Source: Iphione sp. A-MEVVRFRX5
Taxonomy: Eukaryota
NCBI GenBank assembly: GCA_976226885.1
Contig: OZ320319.1
Location: forward strand, 56,296,001-56,360,000
DNA: 64,000 nt
Direction: 5' to 3'
Made by a program: the position numbers and the translations under genes. Positions 11,653 to 23,086 of the stretch are shown here, one piece after another. The notes under the pieces are model-generated. The model worked only from the letters and a program-made list of their open reading frames with translations, was not told where the DNA came from and made no database searches. Each line of letters opens with the position of its first letter. Within the stretch, counting starts at the first letter, position 1.

Positions 11653-11919
11653 TGTAATGGTCACTACAAGCGACTGTCAACAGCAGGTGATGGTGTAGCA
11701 CAAAGCCAACACCACACCAGCAGGTTCGATATCAGCCTTTTATTCTTCAGCGAATAGTACAGCAAGTCAGCATCTCAGCGGCATTAGGAAGGCGAGTCTG
11801 ATGAGAGCATCAGTTCAACTCTCTTATATACTCAGCTTTACCAAAGTGACTACGCAATCATACCTCGTAGACCGGACATAGTCATTAATTATATGTCACT
11901 TACACAATAGGTTATTACA
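11653..11919 (-). mobile_element. Candidate solo LTR (~267 bp)
   Basis: TGTAAT...ATTACA inverted termini. The minus strand has TATATAA (11824-11830) followed ~85 nt later by AATAAA (11739-11744). No TSD found. Confidence 0.5.
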
Positions 11920-12599
11920 TCTTAGGTAGCATGATGTCACAAGCGCCTGGCATCCAGGGTCTCATAAGGGCTCACTGATAACATCTTTGTTGTTCACAAA
12001 GTGACTCAAGACGAAACACAATGGCTTTACACTGTTTTATAAGACAATTTCCATACAATCTATACACTATATATGAACCAATAAACCACATAATATAACC
12101 GTTATCTCAATACTGCTTACTCTGAAGCATTACCTGAATATTGTGACATAATGTTATCTCACGCTAATATAATGCTACTGCATAATGTTACTTTATTGCG
12201 TGGTGGCTACAATATTTGGTTCTAACACTACTGTGTTACAATGGGTGTGTAGTCCATACCTAGTCAATACAAATTTGAGGCATGTACAATATGATTTCAG
12301 TGTCTGAGGGAAATATAACCCTCATTGATCACGATCTGTTTCAGACATTGTCCTACCCTCTGGTCCACTTTATCATTATGTATAGGTCCCAAACTAAATG
12401 CAGTGCGATGAACAGCAAAAAACTGTGAAAAAATGGCAAGATATGTGCAATCCTCCTGGTGTTTATCTCAGCAACATCTTTCTGTCTCTGTTGGACCCGT
12501 TTCGTGAGTCCCTTGAGCCTTGGATCTGTAAATAGATGCTTCAGGAATTAAGTATTACACTGAACAGAACTGGTCAGGGAAAGATCACTCGCATTTGTG

Positions 12600-14030
12600 C
12601 GTTTGACATTAGAAAGGAGTTAACTATAGCATGGTGTTTCCTGGAAATGCACATCCGTGACAAGGCATCTGCTGTGATCAGATCCTTCCCGGGGTTGTGG
12701 GGATTACTGCAGGTATATCTGAAACAGCATAGCCTTAGACCATACGAACCTAACCGCAGCCGCTAGACCAGGATCCCTCGGCTTCGGAGACGCTATAGAG
12801 TTTATGGTGGCTATATTGTCCGAACATACCTCCACTGTTTTACCCAACAGGTTGTGACCAATCACCTCAATCGCCATAGCAAGATTAAGGGCCTGAAGCT
12901 TAGAGATAGATAGGCGCTTCAAATCAGTGTTTCTCATCACATAGTAATACGAGCTACAGCAAATAATGACGTGGCGTGATACAGGTCTGACTAGCTGAGA
13001 TGCCTCCTTGAAAGTGGGAATGTTCTTCAACTGGAGTAATACGAGCTACAGTATGCACCGAAACATTCATTACATGCGTTAACACATATAGTCTTATCTA
13101 TTAAGATTTGCATTCCATTATACTTAGGCATATCGTTCGCGCACTGGATAGTGTGGTATTATCACACCAGGGGGAGACTCAGTATGGGCCTTATAACAGG
13201 GTGTTCCCGCCACCGTAGCGTCAATTGGCCACAGACTGAGTTGAAAAGTGCCTCCTCCCACCCTACATCTCTGTATATAAGTTATTGCATGCTTCTACAT
13301 GTTTATAAATATGAATATTCAATGATTGTAAGGTTTAAAGGTCTAGAAATGACCTATGGGAATGATATGAATAAATCATTATTCTCTACTGCCCATACTT
13401 GTCTGACTCCAATTTGTGATATATTTTAAACCATAACATGCCATCTTTGACTCTTTGGTTCACACTTACATGATTTCTACCTTCCTTGATAGCCTTCCTA
13501 TACTCATACAGTGGGTGATATACATTTGTACAAACAATCTTTCATGAAAACAGCATTTTGCAATACATTTTACAAACCCTACAAATTTTTTGACATTCTT
13601 CATTGTTACAGTCTGAGAGTGATATAGTGGATCAGCAGCTTCCCGGGCTAGTTGCACCTTTTCTTTAGGTATGGACAAGAACCTTTTCTGTACACCAATA
13701 TGAACACTTTGCTAAACAGCAGCACTTGCAGGAGGAATGCCCTTCTTCTCCGTCAGTTTGAAGCCTAGTTCCTGTATCAGGGACTTGGTGAAAAGTTAAT
13801 CATTGAGTATCTGCAAAAGTCTCACCGAAAATTACATAGTCATAAAGATATAGACCTTCATAACAATATTTGCTGCATTATGTTTTCTAATGGCTGTTGT
13901 AGATAGAATGATAACATCCTTGTGCCAAAAGGGAGTGACATGCCAAAATAATACAAAGAATTAATCACGTGATCAGTGACATCATTCAAGGTATGAGCTG
14001 TGTGCAATCTAGCTATTCTATTCTTGTTGC
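12600..14030 (-). mobile_element. Decayed tyrosine-recombinase retrotransposon (Ngaro/DIRS-type): RT C-half and RNase H
   Basis: YYFGMSLPFGTR (RT motif B), a decayed YxDD (YLYDYVIFG), SIPKEKV...VGF..IAKC...RLF, and RNase H GKTVEVCSDNIATINSIASPKPRDPGL; many stops. Confidence 0.75.
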
Positions 14031-17000
14031 TTAGAGCATGTGGACTTGTTGGTCACTCGCTCTGGTAACCTGTTTGGCCAACAATGGTCCGACTGGGCTG
14101 AAACTTTTAGTTTTTGTGACGATACAGCAAGTATTTACAAAGTTATGGCCATTTTCGTATCAACCCCTTCGCTGCTCGCCAGTGTTTCAGACCCAGGTTT
14201 GGCAGACCTGGGACCTTGGGGTCCCAATTTGCAGAAACTTGTGCCAGGGTAGCAGAGGTTTTAAAAAGGGCAATGTGTTGGAGCATGCTGAGGACAGTGA
14301 GATCCCACCATTGGCTACAGTAGGTGTTGTCACAGGACCTTTGGAGACATGACAAGATGGAACCCTGCACTGTAACACCTTGGAGGAATTATTAGCTGAG
14401 ATCCAAGATCTGTTTGCATATCTGATTTGCAACTGGGTCAGACTCACCTAGTCACTATGAATATTGATACTGGTAGTGCCCCGCCTATAGCCCAGAAACC
14501 CTATCGTAAACCTTTAGTGAAACAGAAAGTGATAGAAGAGAAAATTGACGAAATGTTAAAAACAAAAGGAATTAAACCTAGTAGGAGCCCTTGGGCATCT
14601 CATATAGTGCTAGTTGCTAAGAGGGATGGAACTTAATGGTTTTGTGTGGACTATCATTACCTTAACAATGTTACTACTAAATTCAATTGGCCATTGCCTC
14701 ACATTGATACTTTGACACTTTAGCCAGTTCAATGTCATGCCATTCAGACTTTGTAAAGCTCTGAGTGTGTTTTCCAAACTCGTGACTGAGGTTCCAGAGG
14801 GAATCTGTGGTACTTTTATCATGGCTTATCTGGCTTATCTTGATATGGTCTACAGATGGAGCAACCAATTTGTATCATTTGCAGCTTGTTTTCAACTGAT
14901 GCAGAGCTCCAGGGTTAAAGCTTAAACATAAAAAATGTAATTTCTTCTGCGATAACCTCAAGTACTCGGGCCAAGTGATAACAGCTGATGGAGTAAAACT
15001 GGACATGGCCAAGGTCCAAACTATCCATGACTTGCCACCTCCTCAGATTGTCAAAGATGTGTGGTCTTTCATTGGCATGTGTATGTTTTATCAACAATAC
15101 CTTCCAAGGTTTGCTGAAATGTGGAACCAATCTTGGTGCTAACACAAAAACATGGTAAATTCGCATAGGACAAAGAGCATCAATGTGCTTTTGAGGCACT
15201 AAAAGGGAAATTGATATCTACACTTGTTTTGATATTCCCCCATTTTGATAGACCCTTCCTATTATATACTGATGCCAGTGACACATCTATAGGTGCCGTA
15301 TTAATGCAGGAAGGCAATGACAGAGCAGAACATCTGATACAGTATCTGTAGCACCACTTACCATCCATGCAGCAAAGGTGGCCGATTATCAAGAAAGAGG
15401 CTTATGCTATTGTGAAGGCAATTAACAAATTCAAGCCTTTATGATATGGAAATAAATTTCTTGTGTGCACTGACCATAAACCTCTAAAGTCCTTGTTTAA
15501 AACTGAGATGATGAATACTAAAATGCAACAATGGGCTATGAAGCTATCGGAATATGATTGTACTATAGAGTACTTGAAGGGAAGCAAAAATGTTGTAGTA
15601 GATGCTTTAAGTTGACTGTGGGATGAAGGTGCAGCTGATTAAATGTCCAAGCAGTTAGCAGACAAACTATCATCTGAACAAGAAGCATAGATAGCGATCA
15701 TTCAAGAAGACCTACCTGTTGATCTGCATACAGACAAACATCAAGATGTAATGCATACACAACAAGACCCTATGACTGCTTCCTATGTACATGATCCTGC
15801 CTTTGTGAATATACAGGATTGTTGGTACTATTTCTGACAAGCCTGAACCCAGAATACGAGTAGTAGTCTGACTGGATACGTCCCCGAGTTGTTGAAGCAG
15901 CAACACAATCTTATGGGCCATATAGGGATAGATAAGACATATAATCATATTCACAAATGAATCTACTAGAAGCATCTATATCATGACATAATGCAATATG
16001 TTGGAATGTGTGTGGACTGCAATATGCAAGTCCTGAAATGACATTTGCACCCATTATAGCAAATGAAGTAAATTACATTTCCTTTCCAAAAGGTGGCAGT
16101 AGATACCTGTGGTCCCTACCAAGAGTCAGCAGCAGGGTACAAGTATGTACTGACTCTGGTTGATGTTTAATCAGGTTGGCCAGAGTTTTATCCCTTGAAG
16201 GATAAGTCTGCAAATGCAGTTGGCTGAATTTTTCTGGATGCAACGATACTGCAGCATGGGTGTCCATTAGTACTGTTGTCGGACAATGGCACAGAGTTTG
16301 TCAACAGGGTAGTTCAAGAAATTTGCAAAGAATATGTGATTGCAAGAATTACTACTAGTCCATATCACCCAGTGTCAAACGGCAAGGTTGAGGAAACTCA
16401 CCACGTCTGGAATGACATCTTACCAAAATCAACAAAGGGAGATATGACTTATTGGGAAAAGGTTATCCCAGCAGCATTAATGGCAATACAAATGAGTACC
16501 CACAAGTCCACCAAGTACACGCCGTTCTACTTGATGAATAGCAGATTTCCTATTCTACTGTTAGATACTCTGCTCCAGCCATGCATGAGATACTATGGTG
16601 ACAAACATCATCGCTTGGCTATACAGGCTCAGCACTTGGTGATGACAGTGGTTTGCCAAAATGCTGCTCAAGCCTGAGAGCACATGAAATGGAATCATAA
16701 TAGTAATACAAGAGACGTTCAGTTTAAAGTAGCAGATCGAGTGTACATGCATAACCCCACAAGGCAACAAAAAATGGATGTCCGATGGAAACTGCATTGC
16801 CATATCATACAAACTCCTGTTAATATCTTGAGTAGGGATCAGATAAGTGGCACCACTGAAAAGGTACATAGTGATTGATTGCAGTTGGCTAACCTTGGTT
16901 GGGTATTGCCACTGCCAGAAGATATGCAAAGGCCACAGCAGCACGCTGCTTGGGCAGCAGGTCCTGAACCCCCTAGCGATGGATGGGATGGAGGGGGATC

Positions 17001-17420
17001 ACCATGAGATGATGGTTCAGAGTTCTCATCAGAGGATGAAATTCCTTCAGCCAAATTGTTCAGATGAGAATGGGCTGGTGAGGTACCATCATTACAGCCA
17101 GATGTCAGTTTAGGTGAAGAACCAGATGCCAATAGGGTGGGGTTACCACAAGTTGACCCACCGAGGGATGCACCTGTTGCATCTGAACCTAAGGCACAGC
17201 AGCCAGTTTGGAGGAAGGAGGATATGCCTGTGGCCAGGGCTGCCTCTCCCCCAACAATGTTGGCAGACAGAACTGTTCCATCAGTGCCAGACATAGGAAC
17301 AGAGACCGTGGGGCATGGTCCTGTAGGTCTGAGCCAACGAGACATTAAGGCCAAAGGTATGGATACATTAGAAGGAGAAATGGGAGGTGCCTCTCTCATA
17401 ACTCAGGTGGAAGAGCCATG
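14030..17420 (+). mobile_element. Gypsy-A: decayed Ty3/Gypsy pol (RT, RNase H, HHCC, integrase, long C-terminal tail); gag and 5' LTR missing
   Basis: IDTGSAPPIAQKPYR, SPWASHIVLVAKRDG, LYTDASDTSIGAVL, TDHKPL, HNLMGHIG...CVDC, SDNGTEF, TTSPYHPVSNGKVE, TPFYLM; numerous stops and frameshifts. Confidence 0.92.
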
Positions 17421-17752
17421 AATCAAGGTTTTGTGCAAAGCAGAAACTGAGTTGAGTGACAGAGCAAAGAGGTATTTACATAGACAGGAAAAGAGAGCAC
17501 AGGTAGAACCCTTAGAGATATTAGGAGAAACTCAATGAAATGTTAGGGAAACTCAATGAATTCTGAGTAGGGTAACAAAATCAATCAAGGGATTGATAAA
17601 GGTCATTGAAGACATGGCTTCTAGGCAAAAAAGGTATTACAAGGAGTAGTAGATGTATTACAAATGATAACCAAATTTGAACCTAGTAATTCAAATTCCT
17701 TCAAAACTTCATCATATTCTACATCAGATGAGTTGAATTCTGAGGACTGATC

Positions 17753-17807
17753 CTAACCTCTCAATTGTTGCAGATAACCATAACCAAGATGTGGCAAACA
17801 GTGGTTA
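17753..17807 (+). pseudogene. env: Gypsy-A env part 1: splice acceptor, start codon and first signal-peptide codons
   Basis: CTAAC branch site (17753-17757), ttgttgcag| acceptor (17773) and CAAGATGT start (17789). ATG TGG CAA ACA GTG GTT A joins in frame to 19347 once PLE-A is removed. Confidence 0.75.
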
Positions 17808-17831
17808 GCCCCCTCATATGCCAACATATTC

Positions 17832-18998
17832 ATGGGAAACGTCGAAGAACAGTACATCTACACTCAGCCGCTACAGCCTAACCTGTACGTACGCTACATT
17901 GATGACAAATTTATGATATGGCCACACGGAAGAAGCACACTAGACACCTTTATAGAAAGAATACAACACAGTGTAGACACAATATCCTTCACAGAAAAAA
18001 TAAGTGCACACCAGGTGGAATTCCTAGATACCATAATCAGAAGGGACACCGCAGGCACTCTAAAAACCACTCTACATACCAAGGACACCGACACCAACAG
18101 TATCCTGCATTACCATTCAGCACATCCCAAAAATATGAAGGACAACATACCGTACAGTCAATTCCTTAGAATCCGAAGAATATGCAGTGATGATATAGAT
18201 TTTGTAACACACAGCCTAATGAAGGCAAGATCGATGTATGAAAGAAAATACCCCTTAAATATACTATCGAAAGCATTACACAATGTCTCCAAACAACCTC
18301 GTGAGGGAACCACCGGGGGTATTGAAAAACCACCACTCGCACCTGTGAATATATTCATCACCACATTCCACCCTGAGAATAAAGAAACAGAAAACATGAT
18401 AAGAAAGAATTGGCCGATCCTCCAAAGATCACAGACCACAAAAACCATCAGTAACAACAAACTTTTGATAGCATACAGAAGACCCCGCAACTTAAAGGAC
18501 ACTTTAGTAAGAGCACGATATCTAGATTACTCTAAGGAGAATTGCCCCCATAAAGTCAACAAAAACCTCTGCAGCGGTATAAACTGTAAATATTGCAGAC
18601 TCCTCAATAGGGGGCAACCCATTATTCACAATACAAACCAGAGATCATACCCAACCAAGAGGAATATCACATGCAACAGCAGCAACACAATATACGCCTT
18701 ACAATGCAAAACATGTGGGATGACATATGTAGGACAAACCAAAAGGAAAATTAAGGAACGCCTACGAGAACACATCTATGACATAACGAAGCGACCACAA
18801 AAAAACTTTATAACAGAACATTTTAATAAGCATTCCTGGAATACCAACCTGACAGTTAGCATATTAGAGTTTATCCACCTACCTCCCCAGAGCAACGATT
18901 CAAAGAAACTAAGAACTAAGATGGAAAATAGATGGATTCACCGCCTTAAGACTATCGCACCAAATGGGATGAACATCATGGATGGAGAATTCACCTAG
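17832..18998 (+). CDS. PLE-A truncated RT + Cys-rich linker + GIY-YIG endonuclease (388 aa, open)
   Basis: YVRYIDD, EFLD, NIPYSQFLRIRRICS, AYRRPRNLKDTLV, CSGINCKYC, IYALQCKTCGMTYVGQT...RLREH, ENRWIHRLKTIAPNGMN. Confidence 0.93.
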   Translation: MGNVEEQYIYTQPLQPNLYVRYIDDKFMIWPHGRSTLDTFIERIQHSVDTISFTEKISAHQVEFLDTIIRRDTAGTLKTTLHTKDTDTNSILHYHSAHPKNMKDNIPYSQFLRIRRICSDDIDFVTHSLMKARSMYERKYPLNILSKALHNVSKQPREGTTGGIEKPPLAPVNIFITTFHPENKETENMIRKNWPILQRSQTTKTISNNKLLIAYRRPRNLKDTLVRARYLDYSKENCPHKVNKNLCSGINCKYCRLLNRGQPIIHNTNQRSYPTKRNITCNSSNTIYALQCKTCGMTYVGQTKRKIKERLREHIYDITKRPQKNFITEHFNKHSWNTNLTVSILEFIHLPPQSNDSKKLRTKMENRWIHRLKTIAPNGMNIMDGEFT

Positions 18999-19132
18999 GA
19001 CTAGCCTCGTCATAAAAAAACCTGCATAAACACACAGGTTTTCAATTTTTTACCCTCACAATGGGAATATACCACTCCTAGTGTGTAAAATTCATCCAAT
19101 TAATATTTTTACATTAGATTAAATTCGAACAT

Positions 19133-19175
19133 TATGTGCCTGATGAGACATTGTCGAAACCGTGTGATACATAGT
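19133..19175 (+). ncRNA. Hammerhead ribozyme motif in PLE-A 3' tail
   Basis: CTGATGA (19140-19146), GAC-ATT-GTC, GAAAC (19156-19160). Stem I TATGTGC/ATACATA is imperfect and the cleavage triplet reads GTG (degenerate). Confidence 0.7.
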
Positions 19176-19346
19176 GGTAAACTATTTTAGCTTTCCTTGG
19201 AGGAAAAGGCATTGTGACACCTGTCGCCAATGGCAACAACCCAAACAAGTTTAAAAGGAAGCAGAGACAGAATGCTGGCCACTCACTCGGTAGCACTCCA
19301 AGAGTAAGGACTATTGCATACGTCTTATACATATAAACAGTGGTTA

Positions 19347-20884
19347 TTACCCTGTTCATCCGATGTTGGGTGTTGGTTGTGGGAGGACCCTTTGACAATG
19401 TTATCTTCCATAAGACAATGGAAGTACCAGCAGGACTATCTAGTTGGGAAATCGATTTGGTATCCCACTCTGCCATATATAAACAAGCCTTGGATCAGCT
19501 AACTGTTGACTTAGTAAAATTACAAGGAAAAATGGATACTGCTGCTGAAATCCCACCATTATGGAAAGAATGACCATCTGTCTATGCTAGAGAGTTGGCA
19601 ACTACTCTGTCTAATCACACACTTGTGTTGTGGCAATAAATCTTTTGAGCATATGAGAGAGTGGATCAGTTTGGGGGCTTAGGTACTGCTGTAGAGCTAA
19701 GACCTGTTTGGACAAATTTCCATACATCCCAAACGTGGGCACCTGCAACTATTGTGGGCTTTATCGTAGTCATTTTAGCTGCTCCTGTAGCTCGGGCAAT
19801 GTTTTTAAAGCTAGGCACATTAAAGGGACAGGTACATGAACTACATCAAACCCAAGAAATGGTAAAACTGATTGAGGATATGGTGACAATTCTGAATCAG
19901 ACTGGACAGAAGATTCAAGCAAATCATGTTTCAATAAATCAGATGATTGCAATCATTGAGCAAGTAGAAAACAATTTGTGGGCTGGCATCAGGTATAATG
20001 GACATGAATTTTTTATGGCCTACACTTTTATTGATTTTGAGTGGATGGTTGGAACCTTTGGGGAACAGTTGTATGTGGTTGAAGATGCAATTGCTAGGTA
20101 AGAAATAAAAGTGGCTCACCTCATGGCTGGAAGGTTAACACCAGAAATACTACCTGCGAATGAATTGAAGTTGGTGTTGGCCCACATCCAACACAACTTG
20201 CCGACACATATGTCATTACTGTTCCCTTTAGAAAATGTTTACGAGTACTATACCACTATTCAAGCTACTACTGTACTGACAGGAGATTCATTGGTAGTTA
20301 CCATAAAGATACCATTAATAGACCCCTGGGCCAAATTGATGCTGTATGAAGTAATCAATATTCCAGTAGCTGCAAGAGATTTGTCTACTGTTGTCTGATA
20401 TCATCTAGAGTTTCCATATTTTGGAATAACTGCTGATGGTAAAAGGTATGCTCAAGAAATGGGAGAGTATTTGGTCAGATGGAGAGACATCTATGCTAAG
20501 AATTGCATCCTAACCTCACCCTTGCATGAAATCAAGCAACATCAGTACTGTGTCATGGCTTTGTCTTGTGCTGAAGTAAAAAAGGTTGAGACTTTATGTA
20601 AACAGGAAACAGTCATGGACAAACACCTGCCGATTGCTCGCTATGTTGAGCAGGAAAAATGGGGTGTGTCCACTCGAGGTGATCTTAGCTTTCGTGCTGA
20701 CTGTCAGAATGGAACACAGCCAAAGGCACATGCACACTTTCCTTTCTCTATGATTAAGCTAGGTGATGGGTGTATGGCATTGTCACTATCACTCCCTACT
20801 TATTATCATAAGCATATGGAATACAAAGTCCATAAACCACCGTTAGAGACAGTTTGGATATTCATGAACTAGAGATATGGAAGA
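19347..20884 (+). pseudogene. env: Gypsy-A env part 2: class I fusion (baculovirus F / errantivirus env-like) ectodomain
   Basis: Signal peptide VVITLFIRCWVLVVGG, NVIFHK...SWEIDL, hydrophobic ATIVGFIVVILAAPVARAMF followed by heptad repeats, AGRLTPEILPANEL...LLFP...YEYY...IKIPL...LYEVINIP, and Cys-rich CILTSP...CVMAL. Several in-frame stops. Confidence 0.82.
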
Positions 20885-21273
20885 CTTTTTTTTTGTTACT
20901 TCAGTTGCACATGCTCCAAAGTTTAAGAACCTCACACATAAGGAATTTGCAGCCATAAAAAGTCTGAAAAAGGTACAGATATTTTTTTAAGGGGGTAAGA
21001 TGGTAATCCTGAATAGAGATGACTACATAGCCAAGGGCGAAAAACAACTGAACAACACCAAGTTCTATCACAACATGGATAGGGACCTTAGTACAGAGCA
21101 TGTTGAAATTATCAATAGGTTCCTCAGAGCACTCAATACCAGAGAGACTACTCCCCAAACTCCTAACAAAAGAACCAAGGACAGCAGAATTCTACCTTTT
21201 GCCCAAGATACATAAAGGCACAATGCCACCACCAGGGAGGCTGATAGGGTCAGCTAACAACTGCTCAACAGAG

Positions 21274-21730
21274 AACTAGTTGAAAAGATGACTGACACCA
21301 AATTCCAACAACAGGGTGACTTTAATCAACTTTTAACCATGTACAACTTGTGCGAGCTTTCGGCCCTCTTACGGGCCTTCGTCAGGCAGTTGTGGTTGGA
21401 TACCATTGGAGAGACCTCCTTTTATATCCTTTGGTTACTAAGTGCAATGTGTATAGTGATGGAATGTCTCATAGCCAATCAGAATAAAGTTGTTGAAAAA
21501 TGTTCTTGGATACTTAAAAGTCTTTGAAGTTCTTGGATACATATGGTATGTCAGCAACATTAAAATGTTCTTTAATAAGAAAATCGATTGAAACGTGCTA
21601 ATGATTAAAGGTTAACAAGAAAAAGCATAAATATCAGCTAATAAAATATTCTTGGATCACAGGTGAGTAGTATCACAGCGGTATATGCCAAGAAAAGCGA
21701 GAAAAAGTCCTGGATAATTAATCAGTTCAA
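21274..21730 (-). repeat. PLE-C 3' pseudo-LTR (~457 bp)
   Basis: Constant 4683-bp offset to 25957-26413 (no indels); about seven substitutions by eye, all transitions. Confidence 0.95.
21343..21393 (-). ncRNA. Type I hammerhead ribozyme with intact core (PLE-C 3' repeat)
   Basis: ACAACTGC-CTGACGA-A-GGCCC-GTAAGA-GGGCC-GAAA-GCTC-GCA(CAA)GTTGT: bulged stem I, 5-bp stem II, palindromic AGCU stem III, CUC cleavage triplet. Confidence 0.88.
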
Positions 21731-21830
21731 AAACACATCAGAGCCAGTCTGTCCTCTCTGCAGCTTGGATATATATGTAGATGAATAAGTTAATAAATAA
21801 GAATCACAGTTGGTAATTGATCACATAAAA

Positions 21831-22949
21831 TTACTCTGACTCGACGTCTGATGGTATATCACAGTTGGGGGCATATCTGAACTTCAACATCAAGAACATC
21901 TTGATGTCCTCGAACAGTTCTTGGTTGAAATGTTTCACCATTAAAAGGAAACTCACCAGGGCCTCTGCTGTTAGTCCATACAGGACATCGTGTCCACAGG
22001 ATGTTGTCAGTGCAGAGGCCCTGGGGTCACGAGTGTTGGTGGCTGCTTCACTCGTTGATGTGTGTTTGGTCTGGGTTGATTGATCGATCAGGTTGTTGAA
22101 GTTCAGACCATTTGAGAAGTAGCTGACATCCGGTGAGTGTTCGTAGTGTAGTCGTTTCCGACTTTGTTTGGTTGTATGCACAAAGTTCGGATCGTGTCGT
22201 ATCGGGTGCTTGCAGACTGGCCGATGTCGTTCTTGGATTGGGCGGTTGGGTGGTCGCTGGGCAGGTGCTGCTTGTATCACTGGTGGTTGACATGATGGTC
22301 CGGCAACAGCTGGGGGTGGTGGTGGTCCCTGTCGGTGGTCATCCTGCCGGGTGGCGTGGCTGGCTGCATCGGAAACGGGTGGTTGTGCTGTCGGTCCCTG
22401 GTAGCTGTTGTTGACATCTGCTGCTGTGGTGGGGCCATCGCCTGCCCCTTCATCGCGATCGTTGTTGGTGAGTTGTTGTGGGATGAGTTCCTCAATAGAA
22501 TAGTGTTCCTGCTCAGCCGGTTGCTGGAGGAGCCTCTCTAGATGTCGTGCTGCTTGCTCAGTTTCCATGTCGGATTCGTCGTCCGGTTGTTCGTTGTCTA
22601 CGGGAAGTTTTTCAGCGCTCTCGTTGTTGGAGGAGTCAGCATCCACAACGATGGGGTCATTAGATGAGAGTCCTGGTTGTTGATTTTGCCGACGTAGACA
22701 GGGAATCAATGGCAGTAGCAAGTTGAGGGCATCATCGGGGTTGCTGAGGTGTATTTTCTTGATGTGCCTGAGTAGTGCAGAGCGGCAGGAATACTTCTTA
22801 TCGAAGAGATCACATTCGTGATTCTTCAAGGGCTGTTCATGGTCCATCGCGATATGGCGGTTCAGCAACTTGTTTCCCATGCACGGTTTATCACATATAG
22901 AGCATTCAACCAGGACTATCTGGTATGTGTTGTTGTTGGCCGATGCCAT
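21831..22949 (-). CDS. PLE-C cargo ORF: 372 aa, two N-terminal C2H2 fingers, long disordered middle, TQT motif, C-terminal helical segment
   Basis: Finger 1 is C-x2-C-x12-H-x4-H (res 16-37). Finger 2 has the same spacing with its second Cys as Phe (TTC, one base from TGC). The ORF is open, starts 138 nt after the GIY-YIG stop, and has the same C/A-rich strand bias as pol. Confidence 0.85.
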   Translation of the reverse strand: MASANNNTYQIVLVECSICDKPCMGNKLLNRHIAMDHEQPLKNHECDLFDKKYSCRSALLRHIKKIHLSNPDDALNLLLPLIPCLRRQNQQPGLSSNDPIVVDADSSNNESAEKLPVDNEQPDDESDMETEQAARHLERLLQQPAEQEHYSIEELIPQQLTNNDRDEGAGDGPTTAADVNNSYQGPTAQPPVSDAASHATRQDDHRQGPPPPPAVAGPSCQPPVIQAAPAQRPPNRPIQERHRPVCKHPIRHDPNFVHTTKQSRKRLHYEHSPDVSYFSNGLNFNNLIDQSTQTKHTSTSEAATNTRDPRASALTTSCGHDVLYGLTAEALVSFLLMVKHFNQELFEDIKMFLMLKFRYAPNCDIPSDVESE

Positions 22950-23086
22950 ATTATTCAGAAACCATGTGCAGGAAGTAAATAAGAATGACCTAGTTGCTGG
23001 GTTATTGTGTCAACCTTTAGTTCACTCGTGTACGTTCAGTCCGTAGGGTCGCTGGGTGCCGAGTACCTGTATCCACCCCTCCTCAA

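Larger units (their letters stand above)
17808..19334 (+). mobile_element. PLE-A: 5'-truncated Penelope-like element (Neptune-like) with 12-bp TSD
   Basis: TSD AAACAGTGGTTA at 17796-17807 and 19335-19346; RT C-half plus GIY-YIG; hammerhead motif in the 3' tail. Confidence 0.93.

Noticed and set aside
19690-19745. Furin site before the env fusion peptide
   Set aside because: The sequence reads HTSQTWAP with no R-x-K/R-R; it may be decayed but cannot be claimed.
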